A DNA stretch of 64,000 bases from Nitrosopumilus sp. (GTDB taxonomy: Archaea > Thermoproteota > Nitrososphaeria > Nitrososphaerales > Nitrosopumilaceae). Position 1 is the first letter of the stretch; each line of letters opens with the position of its first letter. The position numbers and the translations under genes are program-made. Where the stretch lies: NCBI GenBank assembly GCA_965207445.1, contig CBDBLX010000002.1, forward strand, positions 1,655,849-1,719,848, written 5' to 3'. The notes under the pieces are model-generated. The model was not told the DNA's origin, ran no database searches, and saw nothing but the letters and a program-made list of their open reading frames with translations. Positions 53,838 to 64,000 of this stretch are shown piece by piece.

Positions 53838-55511
53838 GTGGTTGGTGCGTAATTCATCAAATCGCCACCTGTATCGTACTTGCAAAGCCATCTGCAAATA
53901 TCACCAAAGTTTTATGTACATATATTTAATAAGCTCATATATAAAAGTATATGCGCGCATACCAAAAGTTACTTATAGGGGCATCCCAATTGAATAATTA
54001 CAGTATGTACAAAGGGGATGCTAAACAACGTTGACTAGCCAATGTTATCAACGTATCGTTTGTGAAGTGTGGTGGAACGACGACATATGGTGGGCTGCCA
54101 CAACATACTATGCTACACAGAATGGCGCCCATTACAATGCATGGTTTGTGATGAATATGGCGTATGCTTGTTGTTTGTGTAAATTTAGTGGGTGGGTCTC
54201 AAATAAGAACAGATTATGGAGGCAGACCGTACAGTGACAGAACAGCACAAGCGACGCGAAGGTTATTGGCAGTATTACGAACAGGCACGCAAATCTGAGC
54301 CGGATTTTATGCGCAAGACCTTGTTGTCAGCGATACGAAAAAACCCACATCCGTGCAAGGAAAAGAAAACAAATAGAGGATGCAAGCCGGTACACTCTCG
54401 TGACAAGATGGATTTTTTATGTCTTTTAAAAGTTGCAAAAAATATTCCTTTTCGTGATGTGGTAAATGATCTTGGACATATGCATGATGAATGGGTTGAC
54501 GAGCCGAAGCCTGATTATAGTTGGGTAACCAAACATATGCAAACAATTGATCTCGACTGGCTTGATTCTATTTTGGCATATACTGCCAATATGTGTCTAA
54601 CTGAACTTAAAAAATCGGGGACAGATCCGGTACCGATAAAAGGTAAAGAGACCATACTTACGCACGGATCCGAGGATTTTGAGAGCGGTAAACAAGACGT
54701 AAAACAAGAACCTACAGCTCCAATTGGGATAGACAGTAGTGGGGTAGAGACTGATAGGTACGAAAAACAAGAAAGACCTAATCATGTACTACAAGACTTT
54801 GAGCCGACACGCGTCAAGACGTACCTAAAATATCACATTACTGCGATAACAGGACACCAGATCATACTTGCATCATACACAACTCCAAGCAATGTGAGTG
54901 ACACGTCAATGCTTCCATATATGGTCAGCTTTCTCACAAAAAACTATACACAGATTGAAGAACGCTTATTCAACGGAGACAAGGGATACGACTCGGATCA
55001 AAATTGCGAGACAATATTCAATGCAAACATGAAACCGAACATAAAACAGCGCAATCACACAGATGGCGCAGGTCATACAAACCGTGGTAAACCAAGCAGA
55101 AAAAAAGCAGCAGAGATCTTTGACCAAGATGCATACAAACAACGCGCACTTATCGAGGCAATATTTGGAGCAGAAGAGACAAAAAATCACAGGCTGCACT
55201 GTCGTATGCGTCTGGCCAAAAACAGAAAGCGATTTGGTAAAATACTATCAATTGCATGGAATATCAACGTCCTGAACAGATTTATCTGCGCTCATGAAAA
55301 AGGGCAAAAGATTCCATCATACGAATGATAGTGACTGCTATCACACTTGCACGTTTCATATTCTATAATCCATGTCTGCCAAAACACACATGCATATTCA
55401 AAAACGAAACGCACTATAGATAGATTCCAGTCTTTTGTAGATTGAATGTGCAATAAACCAAGTTCACAGACGGGTCACAGGCAGGTCTAATGTCAATTAC
55501 GCACCAACCTC
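53838..55511 (+). mobile_element. Complete IS5/IS4-like element with 9-bp TSD TGCAACACA
   Basis: TIR GGTTGGTGCGTAATT; duplication at 53829-37 and 55512-20. Confidence 0.92.
54216..55328 (+). CDS. IS5/IS4-family DDE transposase
   Basis: GIDSSG, YLKYH, GDKGYDS, YKQRALIEAIFG. Confidence 0.9.
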   Translation: MEADRTVTEQHKRREGYWQYYEQARKSEPDFMRKTLLSAIRKNPHPCKEKKTNRGCKPVHSRDKMDFLCLLKVAKNIPFRDVVNDLGHMHDEWVDEPKPDYSWVTKHMQTIDLDWLDSILAYTANMCLTELKKSGTDPVPIKGKETILTHGSEDFESGKQDVKQEPTAPIGIDSSGVETDRYEKQERPNHVLQDFEPTRVKTYLKYHITAITGHQIILASYTTPSNVSDTSMLPYMVSFLTKNYTQIEERLFNGDKGYDSDQNCETIFNANMKPNIKQRNHTDGAGHTNRGKPSRKKAAEIFDQDAYKQRALIEAIFGAEETKNHRLHCRMRLAKNRKRFGKILSIAWNINVLNRFICAHEKGQKIPSYE

Positions 55512-55907
55512 TGCAACACAACTAAATTTAAAAATATGTATGTTATTATATGCATTATTTTTTAATACCATACAAACCATATTGCCACCACAAGAACGAA
55601 ATCACATAAAAATAATTATAATCCATTGCCAAATTTATCATGATCACATTAGACAATCATTATATTATAATTAAAAGTACATATATATCATCACACATAG
55701 TATTTGGAATTATTCCAGATAATTGACAATGACTAACCAATCCAATTCAAAAATGCGCATAATATTATTTGACGCAATTTGTAGTTTTTTTACACAAGTG
55801 TATTTTTAAAAGTATTAAAGCAAAAGTTTAGTTTGAAATTTTTGAGTTAACTGCGTTCATATAGAAAAATAATAATAATAATTATAATAATAAAAAAAAA
55901 GTAGAGA

Positions 55908-56852
55908 TTAGAGATTTCCTGCCTTTATATCCTCAAGGCATTTTACAATATCATCTTTTGATATTGGTATTGGATTTGGATCAAGGTGTCCCCTATCAGT
56001 CATGACAACATCAGCTGCCTCGGACACATCTGCTTTTAGATCAAGTTTGTCAAATCCTAGCTTGTCCATTGCCTCTTTGAATCGATCATAAAAGACAGAT
56101 TTGTTGTGCTTGTGAGCTACAGTGGTGCAAGAGGATAGTGAATAGCCATGTGGAACGCCTTCGTTTGAAAAGACATATGACAAAGCGTGTCCAAGTGTAG
56201 TAGAGCAGTTACCAAATCCCATGCCAGATAACATAGAGCCGTATGGATAGTCTTGTGGTCTATCTTCCATGATTGCACTGTACAGTATATCAAATGCTTG
56301 CTTGCACAAGGTTCTAGTCATATCATTGCCAAGTTTGCTATCATACCCTTCTGTTGCCTGAGCACATGCATCACACACAGAATTTTTTATCACTTGTTCT
56401 GGTGTCCCATCCATAAAGTACGAATCAACCACTGCCATATCTGCCAAGAATCTATCTTCTCGCAATAGTTTCTTTTTTCCATCAAATTTGAGCACGCAAT
56501 ATGTAGTCATCTCAGCACCAGTCCCAAAAGTAGTTGGAATCAGAATCTTTTCTTTCTTCATCTCAGGTGCAGCATATTTTACCACATCTAGTGAACTCCC
56601 ACCGCCCAATCCGATTAAAACGGATGGATTCTTGTCTTTGAATTGAGATATTACAGCATTGACATCGTCAATTGATGGTTCTGGTGTCACCTTATCATAT
56701 AGCATATAGTCAGTTATACCCATCTTTGCAATCCATTTGTCAGATAGTTCAGGAGGTACTGTAGTGACTATTAGTGCATTTTTAGGATATTCGGTCTGAC
56801 CCAAAGCATCCTCGCCAAAGTTTATGATCTTTGGAATACGCATAGTGTGCAT
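55908..56852 (-). CDS. Fe-containing alcohol dehydrogenase, probable malonic semialdehyde reductase of the thaumarchaeal 3HP/4HB cycle
   Basis: GLGGGSSLD, IPTTFGTGAE, GHALSY..HG. Specific function inferred from recalled similarity to the Nitrosopumilus enzyme. Confidence 0.85.
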   Translation of the reverse strand: MHTMRIPKIINFGEDALGQTEYPKNALIVTTVPPELSDKWIAKMGITDYMLYDKVTPEPSIDDVNAVISQFKDKNPSVLIGLGGGSSLDVVKYAAPEMKKEKILIPTTFGTGAEMTTYCVLKFDGKKKLLREDRFLADMAVVDSYFMDGTPEQVIKNSVCDACAQATEGYDSKLGNDMTRTLCKQAFDILYSAIMEDRPQDYPYGSMLSGMGFGNCSTTLGHALSYVFSNEGVPHGYSLSSCTTVAHKHNKSVFYDRFKEAMDKLGFDKLDLKADVSEAADVVMTDRGHLDPNPIPISKDDIVKCLEDIKAGNL

Positions 56853-56902
56853 AAGTATCAGTTAAAATATTCACTATTATACCTTGCATTCATATCTAAA
56901 AT

Positions 56903-58351
56903 GTGATAATTAATAAAAAAGAACTAGTGTCAACAAACGACAAGCGAGAAGACTGTTTACGTATAATAGAGGCAGGCATGTCAGCGGCCAACCCTGCATT
57001 ATTCATGCACCTATATTTGAGTCATGATAAGATTAAGCCATCAAATGGGAATGGTGGTAATGGTAATGATATCATACATCTTGACAAGTATAGTGAGATA
57101 CATACAGTTGCATTTGGTAAAGCAGCAGATACAATGACAAGTGCTGTAAATACCATACTCAAAGACAGATTAACAAGTGGCATTATCATAATGCCAAAAC
57201 ATATCAAATCAGCAAGTAAGAGTAAGAAATTTCGAATCTTCAATGCCAAACACCCCACACCAGATAAAACAAGTGTAAAAGCAGCAAAAGAAACAATCAA
57301 GTTTTTGCAAGCAAGGCGAGACGGCGAGCTAGTAATATTTTTGATCTCAGGTGGCGGTTCCTCATTACTTGCATTACCAAAAGATGTTACACTCGGAGAA
57401 AAGATACACGTGACAAATTTACTTTTAAAATCAGGTGCTACAATACAAGAATTCAATTGTGTAAGAAAGTGTCTATCAAAAGTCAAAGGGGGCAAACTTG
57501 CAAAATATCTGAAATGTGACGGTGTTGGTCTCTTAATGTCAGATGTTCAAGGTAGAGATGACTTGTCAAGTATTGCATCAGGGCCTACCATATCTACCAA
57601 TCACATAAAAGAGCACACACAATATCAAGACGCACTTGACATACTAACAAAATACAATCTAGTAAAAAAGGTAGGGAATATGGTCATAAATGTACTATAT
57701 AAAAATGCTCAACTACCCACAACAAACAAAACATCAAAGTCAGTCACACAGACACAAGATACAACAGTCTCAGCAAAATCAATATGCAATCCACAAACAC
57801 ATACCAACCGCATGATTGGAAATTATATTATTGCAAAAAACTCAGATTGCACAAACAAGATGATAGAGACTGCAAAGAGTCTAGGGTACAGCATATCAGA
57901 CATGTCACCCATACAGGTAGTGGGAGACATTAAAGAGGCAGCAGATGTCATATACAGAGCAATTCCACAAAATAAACACAATTGCCTTGTATTTGGAGGC
58001 GAGACAACGGTAAAGATATTGGGCAATGGTAAGGGAGGAAGAAATCAAGAACTAGTATTACGTTTGCTCAAAAAGTCACAAAACACCAAGTATAATCAAA
58101 AAAGACTCAACGTTACATTTGCATCTGTTGGAACAGACGGTATTGATGGAAATTCAATATATGCAGGTGCCATATCAGATAATGAATACGTGGATCTAAA
58201 CTTGATAAATACTGCAATCAAAAATAGTGATTCAAGTGGGTTTTTTGAGAAACGTAGAAAGAACAAGGATGGGAAAATTATTCCCCCCTCGTTGATCAGA
58301 ACCGGCCCCACGCACACAAATCTAACAGATATTGGTGTAATACTTACATGA
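56903..58351 (+). CDS. Glycerate 2-kinase / MOFRL-family protein
   Basis: FGKAA, ISGGGSSL, SIASGPT, GGETTV..GGRNQE, GTDGIDG, TGPTHTN. Confidence 0.92.
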   Translation: MIINKKELVSTNDKREDCLRIIEAGMSAANPALFMHLYLSHDKIKPSNGNGGNGNDIIHLDKYSEIHTVAFGKAADTMTSAVNTILKDRLTSGIIIMPKHIKSASKSKKFRIFNAKHPTPDKTSVKAAKETIKFLQARRDGELVIFLISGGGSSLLALPKDVTLGEKIHVTNLLLKSGATIQEFNCVRKCLSKVKGGKLAKYLKCDGVGLLMSDVQGRDDLSSIASGPTISTNHIKEHTQYQDALDILTKYNLVKKVGNMVINVLYKNAQLPTTNKTSKSVTQTQDTTVSAKSICNPQTHTNRMIGNYIIAKNSDCTNKMIETAKSLGYSISDMSPIQVVGDIKEAADVIYRAIPQNKHNCLVFGGETTVKILGNGKGGRNQELVLRLLKKSQNTKYNQKRLNVTFASVGTDGIDGNSIYAGAISDNEYVDLNLINTAIKNSDSSGFFEKRRKNKDGKIIPPSLIRTGPTHTNLTDIGVILT

Positions 58352-58645
58352 TGTAAAATTATTTTTTTATATATATAGGAGATGTAATGTATATCAACTT
58401 TTAATCATTAAATTCAAAAGAAATATTGAAAACGCTTTGAGAATGCACATCTAGTTGTATAAAAAAAGTAGTAATGATAATTCAATGAAATCTACAGTAT
58501 ATAGTGATATTCATAAATTCTGGTACAACGAAAAAACCATGCACGATAATTTTTAGCAGATATCTTCATAGTTGCTCAGTAATTCAAATTTGGCATATTT
58601 TTGAAAAGTAAAATGTAAAAAATGTGGTGTCGGGACTCTGATGCA

Positions 58646-58755
58646 TAGTAGTTTCATTAAAGATCCGATAGTTTTCTAATATTTTGTATTCATAATACAT
58701 GTTCAACTTTGAGATGAATATCAATCAAAATATCGGATCTTTAATCATATCAGTA
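58646..58755. mobile_element. 110-bp MITE (family B) flanked by TGCA
   Basis: TGCA at 58642-45 and 58756-59. Confidence 0.9.
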
Positions 58756-58788
58756 TGCACATGTGCGCTAACACGTGACTGGACATGT

Positions 58789-59121
58789 CAGTAGTTCGCA
58801 ATGTGCCAATTTTTAATGATCTTATTTCTAATTATGCAGTGCGGCAGATTTACAATGGCAAGTAACCGCCGTGCTCTAATTCCCACCGAAGCAGTCTTCT
58901 GATTGATCCGGCAATTGAATCCATAAATTATTCATTGTGAGTAATTTTTCATCTGCAAGTCCGTCGTAATTTTCGTATCTTGTTATTGCCCACAATCCAT
59001 ATAACAACATTTCAAAAAAATATCAACAGTAATCAGACTTGCAAGGCGTTGTTAGTTGTTTTTGGAGTTATGTTTTTTATCACTATAATTCCGTCTCTAT
59101 TATCCAGCGCTTGCGATAAGT
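58789..59121 (-). mobile_element. ISH3-like right-end remnant
   Basis: Inverted copy of ~31175-31509 with TIR. Confidence 0.85.
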
Positions 59122-59187
59122 CGGGAATTACACACTAGTTCACTTTGACCCGATGCGGGCAGTTAATTCGCCTCCGAGCCGCTGCTG

Positions 59188-61986
59188 TTATTCGCGCGCC
59201 GCCAGCGCGTTGGCAATCTGCGGCCATAGTGGGCTGCTGTACTTTTCTGCATTGGTTTGCGCCTCTGCTGCGGTCATCGGGTTTGAGTGGTCAATCTCAC
59301 CAAAGGCAGCTAGAACGCGGTTCCACCTGTCCACGTGCGCGTCGCCGTGGTGCGTCTGTGCCGCCAGCTCCCTGACGCTGTTGATCAGAGCAGGGTCTAT
59401 GGCAGGCGGCGTGTCAGGCTCGGTCGGTACGTCAGGCGGCGTCTGCGGATCGTCCTGTTCTGCTACTACTGCCGCCGCCTCTAGCAATGTCAGCACGTCG
59501 ACAATCTGCGGCCATAGTGGGCTGCTGTACTTTTCTGCATTGGTTTGCGCCTCTGCTGCGGTCATCGGGTTTGAGTGGTCAATCTCACCAAAGGCAGCTA
59601 GAACGCGGTTCCACCTGTCCACGTGCGCGTCGCCGTGCTGCGTCTGGGACGCCATCGCGGTCACGTTGGCGATCAGCGCTGGGTCTATGACGACTGCCGT
59701 CAGATTCTGCGCCTGGGTGAGCTTGTCGTACACGGGCGGCTGCATCAGGCTTGACGTCGTCCCGGCGTCCTGGACGTCCACGGTCCAGCTTGCAAATTGG
59801 CCCGGCGTGTAGCCGACGCCTGGATTTATCGTGAGCGTAACATTGTTGACGTCTATGACGCCGTCGTTTATGGTCGGAACCTCCAGCGTATACGAGCCGA
59901 TCGGTGGGATCTCCACGATGCGCCAGCCCACGTCAGATACGTTGAGTACGTTCCCGGCGTCCGAAAGGGTGACGTTGACTGGCAAAGGCGACTGCAGGGG
60001 GAGGGGGGCTGCGCCGATGCTAAATGAGACGGGATCGCCCTCCGAGCCGCCGCTCGATATACCGATTGAGACTGTAGTCGGGGGAGGGGGGCTGCCGCTG
60101 CCCAGCGGGCCTGGGTCGTCGTCTAGCACAGCAAGTGTTACACTTGAGGGTTGTCCGATTCTATAGTTGCCTGGCTTTATTGTAATTGTAACGGTGCCGT
60201 CAGGCTCATCGACAGCGTCAGGTCCACGTGACACTACTGTATATACACCGGATGATCTCTCATTGCCCATCGGAATATTTTGAGTCTTGTCACCCAACGT
60301 GAGCGCACCAAAAGAATCCCCGGTCTGGGCCAGGTTAAAATTGACAGTAATGTCCTCAGAGTCGCACGTGTATTTTGTGGTGAATATATCAGCTAAAGCG
60401 AAGGAATTTCCCTCATATACCGTCATGTTGTTGACTTTATTAGCTGACTCAATAGCATCAGTGTTGATGTACACAGCCGGGCTGTCGGCCTCGCCTAGCG
60501 TTATAGTCTTGGTCGTCGCGGTACCTTCCTTTATCTGGTAGCCGGGGCCGTCGAGCAGCTCGAATGTTATCTCGTTTCTGCTCCCAGAGTTGGGGTTGCA
60601 GTCAGTCGTAGTGGGCAGAACATCATAAAAGGATGAACCATACGCTGCAAGCGTGCGCGTCTCGCCATTTTGATTGGTAGTGAGCGCCTGACCGTGCGTT
60701 GTGTATTTTATTGCTATAGTATCGTCGCCTCCGGGGGTGCGAGTTTCACCCGGCTCAGTATACGGAGATACGCCAGAACGATACGGCTCTATATCAAAAC
60801 GAACTATCACATTATCACCCTCAAAGGAACTCTTATCCAACACATGCATGCTTATGCACGGGTTATTGTGGGTGCACTCCTGGGATGGGGGCGGGGGAGA
60901 ATCATTGTCACGTACGGTAAAGGTGATGCTTTTCGAATTGGTCAGATGATAGTCCCGAAGTCCTTTGGTGCTCGGAAGCAATGTTATCGTAACGGTGCCA
61001 TCAGACTCGACAGTGTCATCATCTATAGTAGTAAGTTCAAACCGGTGCATTCCTATCTCGTTCACCTGCATGTCACCCGTCTGACCTGGAGATAGATAAT
61101 TCCCACTGGCAGTGATTCGATAGTTGAATTGACCTTCCCTATCCCCCAGATTGAGGAACAATAGAACACTAATAGTGTCGCCCTCAGTAATCGTAATAGG
61201 ACCCTCATTGTTAACCCATAAATTCGGTATTCTCACGGTTGTGGGTGGGTTGTTGTTGTCAGCAATTTTAAAAATTGGTGATATGCCATAAGAGTACCGG
61301 TCAGACTGGAAGTGCTGGCCGTGCTCGTTCCTGCTGCCATCCGACGCGCCCGGCGTGCCGCCGGCGTAAAAGTCATCGTAATTGTCAGCTATTTTACTCC
61401 CACCAAGCCAGTAGACGGGGACCCCAGGGTATTGCGTAAAGGTATGCGCTCTGACGTCGTCGCGGTCGGAGTGCCCAAAGTGCAGTACGCGAAAGTGGTC
61501 GTGCAATTCCCGCAGCGGCGAGGGTTCCGGCCTTGGAACGTTTACCGTCCGCTTATACATATAATAGCAATAATCCACGCCGTTTTCAGTTATGTCAGTT
61601 CCCTCACCGTTATTGTTCCTTTCAACAATATTCCAATAGACATCCGAGCTGACCATCTGGCCATAATAACTATAACATTGAACAGCAGGATCGTCGGTTA
61701 TACGGTAGTATGTAGCCTTGCCGTACGTAAAGATGTTAGATGATTCAATCAGGCCCTGTATCTTTGCATCCGTAAATGAATGTCCGGCAGATGGCGTGAA
61801 CAGCAGCCTGAACGTGTCCCCGACTGCCAGGCCGTCAGGTGCGTAGGCCCAGTCCTGGGGTACGTCGAATACCACATAGGCGTGCGCGTCTTCTGCCGAT
61901 GTCGCCACCGCGAGCGCGCCAAGTACCGCCAGGGCCGCCAGCGCGCACGTCCTCAGGGCGCGCGTGCGCAGTCCCCCCCCCCCCAC
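59188..61986 (-). CDS. GC-rich secreted/surface protein with Calx-beta-like repeats and duplicated C-terminal helical domain
   Basis: Signal peptide (ALAALAVLGALAVATSAEDAHA); TIDDDTVESDGTVTITL-type repeats; two HGDAHVDRWNRVLAAFG units. Confidence 0.85.
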   Translation of the reverse strand: MGGGGLRTRALRTCALAALAVLGALAVATSAEDAHAYVVFDVPQDWAYAPDGLAVGDTFRLLFTPSAGHSFTDAKIQGLIESSNIFTYGKATYYRITDDPAVQCYSYYGQMVSSDVYWNIVERNNNGEGTDITENGVDYCYYMYKRTVNVPRPEPSPLRELHDHFRVLHFGHSDRDDVRAHTFTQYPGVPVYWLGGSKIADNYDDFYAGGTPGASDGSRNEHGQHFQSDRYSYGISPIFKIADNNNPPTTVRIPNLWVNNEGPITITEGDTISVLLFLNLGDREGQFNYRITASGNYLSPGQTGDMQVNEIGMHRFELTTIDDDTVESDGTVTITLLPSTKGLRDYHLTNSKSITFTVRDNDSPPPPSQECTHNNPCISMHVLDKSSFEGDNVIVRFDIEPYRSGVSPYTEPGETRTPGGDDTIAIKYTTHGQALTTNQNGETRTLAAYGSSFYDVLPTTTDCNPNSGSRNEITFELLDGPGYQIKEGTATTKTITLGEADSPAVYINTDAIESANKVNNMTVYEGNSFALADIFTTKYTCDSEDITVNFNLAQTGDSFGALTLGDKTQNIPMGNERSSGVYTVVSRGPDAVDEPDGTVTITIKPGNYRIGQPSSVTLAVLDDDPGPLGSGSPPPPTTVSIGISSGGSEGDPVSFSIGAAPLPLQSPLPVNVTLSDAGNVLNVSDVGWRIVEIPPIGSYTLEVPTINDGVIDVNNVTLTINPGVGYTPGQFASWTVDVQDAGTTSSLMQPPVYDKLTQAQNLTAVVIDPALIANVTAMASQTQHGDAHVDRWNRVLAAFGEIDHSNPMTAAEAQTNAEKYSSPLWPQIVDVLTLLEAAAVVAEQDDPQTPPDVPTEPDTPPAIDPALINSVRELAAQTHHGDAHVDRWNRVLAAFGEIDHSNPMTAAEAQTNAEKYSSPLWPQIANALAARE
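61973..61984 (-). repeat. G12 homopolymer at the 5' end of the surface protein gene
   Basis: C12 on the plus strand. Confidence 0.9.
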
Positions 61987-62337
61987 CGGAGAGAGTGTTT
62001 GCCGCCGGCGCGTGCATACAAAAACGGTGACTTGTAATAATCTTCATGTCATATTTACAAACCACATATTATTAAAAGTATCGAATATATTAACGTGTTG
62101 TATAATTTAGTTAATCAGGTATTCAAACCTACAAATTTTGCCAAAATATAACTGATTATATAAAAACTCTAAATTGGATAAATCACGTCATGTACATTTT
62201 TGAGTTTTGGTGACTGTATAATTTATAATCATATGAAAATTCTTTATTATTTTGTTACATGTATCAAAAGTAATATAAAAATAATAATTTCAAGACGGTA
62301 ATTAATTGCTTTAATATGATGTTTGCATAGTATATGT

Positions 62338-62661
62338 ATGCTTGAAAAAGAGTTCAGACCAGATAAATTATATGGTAAAATAATTAAATATTATATAGAT
62401 AGAAAAGGATATGACAAGTCAAGGGCAAACTCTATTGCACAAAAGATTGTTAGAAAAGAGACACAGCGTAGAATATGTAAAACAAAAGGATGCGGCCACT
62501 TTGCGCATGACCACATAAGAAATACAGGTGTGTGTCTTGTAAGTAGATGCAACTGCTCTGCATTTACAAATAAAGAAAGTTCACACAAACCAACCACAAC
62601 ATCTAGTAGTATAATTGAGGAAGATGAATCAACTACAGATACAACATTAACAGCAGCATAG
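62338..62661 (+). CDS. Hypothetical small Cys/His protein
   Basis: C..GCGHFAHDH...CLV..CNC; start at MLEKEF. Confidence 0.7.
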   Translation: MLEKEFRPDKLYGKIIKYYIDRKGYDKSRANSIAQKIVRKETQRRICKTKGCGHFAHDHIRNTGVCLVSRCNCSAFTNKESSHKPTTTSSSIIEEDESTTDTTLTAA

Positions 62662-62668
62662 AAAACGC

Positions 62669-62812
62669 ATGAACCAAGCTCTTTGGGTGCAATAATTAAA
62701 TCACATATTTGTATTGGTTACATCTCTGTCTGCATATCAAGTATCATATATGCGATGCATTTGATTAGAAATTATTTTTGAATGATTACATTAGTCATAA
62801 AACTTGGTTCAC
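62669..62812. mobile_element. ~140-bp MITE (family C)
   Basis: TGAACCAAG...CTTGGTTCA. Confidence 0.85.
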
Positions 62813-62850
62813 ATATACAACAATAACAACAACAACAAAAATAAAAAGAA

Positions 62851-63825
62851 TCAAGATGCAAGTGATTCTGCCACAATACCCATATTTTGCAAAGTATGTG
62901 CAAACTCATCTACAAATCCATGTGTTGTGTATACCATCTTTGCACCAGACAAGCGCACCATACGAACTAGTTCTGTATAATCACAATGGTCACTCATTTG
63001 AATAGAGTAGTCTGCTTTGCATCCAAACGGGTAACGAGTAGATCGTGCCCATCCACTAAATCCTATCGTAACTGCACCGTATTTGGATTTCATATCTTGA
63101 ATGAACTTTGTCTTTTCTGAGAATGGAGGTGATATCATGACCCACGGTCGTCGCGCAAGCAATCCTTGTGACTCGGCATCCGCATACCCAATTCCACCAC
63201 TCAAAGATATACCAAGTTTTTCATGTAAGTTATTCATCTCTAAAACAGAGTCATAAAAGTAAAGAGGTTTCCAATGGCCAAACAAGTCAGTCAAAGTCTG
63301 AGCTTTTCCCAATTGATATCCCATCAATATGACAGGCACACCACGCTCATATAGTTGCGATATGAGTTTATTTGTCTGCTCAACTGCATCTCTAATACTC
63401 AAAAACGTAAATTCAGGCAGTCCAAAAGTACACTCTGTTATGAGTATTTTGCATTTTGGTACCCTTGCACCTTGCAAAAAACCCCTACTGCGAGTACAAA
63501 TGTCACCTGTATAAAAAATATCATCAAATAATAGTCCCCTAGAACCTAAAATATGGCCGCTGTCGATGAGTTCAAATCCATCCATATTCTCTACATGGTT
63601 CTTCATATCAAATCCTCTCAAACGTGCAATTTCTTGTGTGTGATGTGATGAGAGTATAACTGTATTTTGATTGTAATTATTCTTAATGGTAGGTAGATGG
63701 TCCATATGAGCATGTGATACAAAGTTTAACATATTGGAATTCAGAGTCTTGGGGTCAAGCATGATCTCGTGTGTTTTTGTTTTGCAATGTATGCCGTTTT
63801 TAGTCATCTTTATCAGAGTAGACAT
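62851..63825 (-). CDS. MBL-fold (beta-CASP-like) exonuclease
   Basis: SHAHMDH, SGHILGS, YTGD, ECTFG, SDHCD, THG. Confidence 0.9.
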   Translation of the reverse strand: MSTLIKMTKNGIHCKTKTHEIMLDPKTLNSNMLNFVSHAHMDHLPTIKNNYNQNTVILSSHHTQEIARLRGFDMKNHVENMDGFELIDSGHILGSRGLLFDDIFYTGDICTRSRGFLQGARVPKCKILITECTFGLPEFTFLSIRDAVEQTNKLISQLYERGVPVILMGYQLGKAQTLTDLFGHWKPLYFYDSVLEMNNLHEKLGISLSGGIGYADAESQGLLARRPWVMISPPFSEKTKFIQDMKSKYGAVTIGFSGWARSTRYPFGCKADYSIQMSDHCDYTELVRMVRLSGAKMVYTTHGFVDEFAHTLQNMGIVAESLAS

Positions 63826-63885
63826 GAAGGCAGAGGCAGATCACTCTGATTTTAATGAGTCTAAATCTTTTTTCAGTTATCAACA

Positions 63886-64000
63886 GGGTCTTCTGCGTTA
63901 ATCGTTGGTAACTGAAATCTGGCAAGTTCCGTAGGTATACTCATGGCGTGGTTGAATAAGCTTTTTAAAAATTCACAATTTAAAATCTCACATAATGTAT
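63886..64000 (+). mobile_element. Left end of another IS6-like copy (runs off the window)
   Basis: Near-identical to 28220-28334. Confidence 0.9.

Noticed and set aside
59145..61743. Plus-strand ORFs overlapping the surface protein gene
   Set aside because: Antisense shadows expected in GC-rich coding DNA.

Overview
Chromosomal segment of an ammonia-oxidising archaeon (Nitrosopumilaceae-like; a sponge/animal symbiont is my inference from the cargo genes and repeat load). Core genes: Zn-ADH, atpF, carA/carB, cdvC (Vps4) with a divergent ESCRT-III-like gene, TrmB, RidA, DHH phosphoesterase, citrate synthase, cupredoxin, uvrBAC, F420-type LLM oxidoreductase, Fe-ADH (malonic semialdehyde reductase-like), glycerate kinase and an MBL nuclease. 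They are interleaved with islands built from IS66-, IS5-, IS630-, IS6- and ISH3-like elements, three MITE families, decayed toxin-antitoxin genes and many simple repeats. Top finding: carB is interrupted inside its conserved GE-FDYSG motif by a 21-nt insert containing an in-frame stop. The insert folds as a bulge-helix-bulge/loop, and cutting at the canonical archaeal splicing-endonuclease positions restores the protein exactly, so it is a candidate mRNA intron. Other highlights: carA has no canonical start for its conserved N-terminus; a G12 tract puts the upstream ATG of a GC-rich surface protein out of frame; a 6-kb IS6-type composite has an 8-bp TSD; an inverted MITE pair captured a ParM-like gene start; and there is a candidate C/D-box sRNA.
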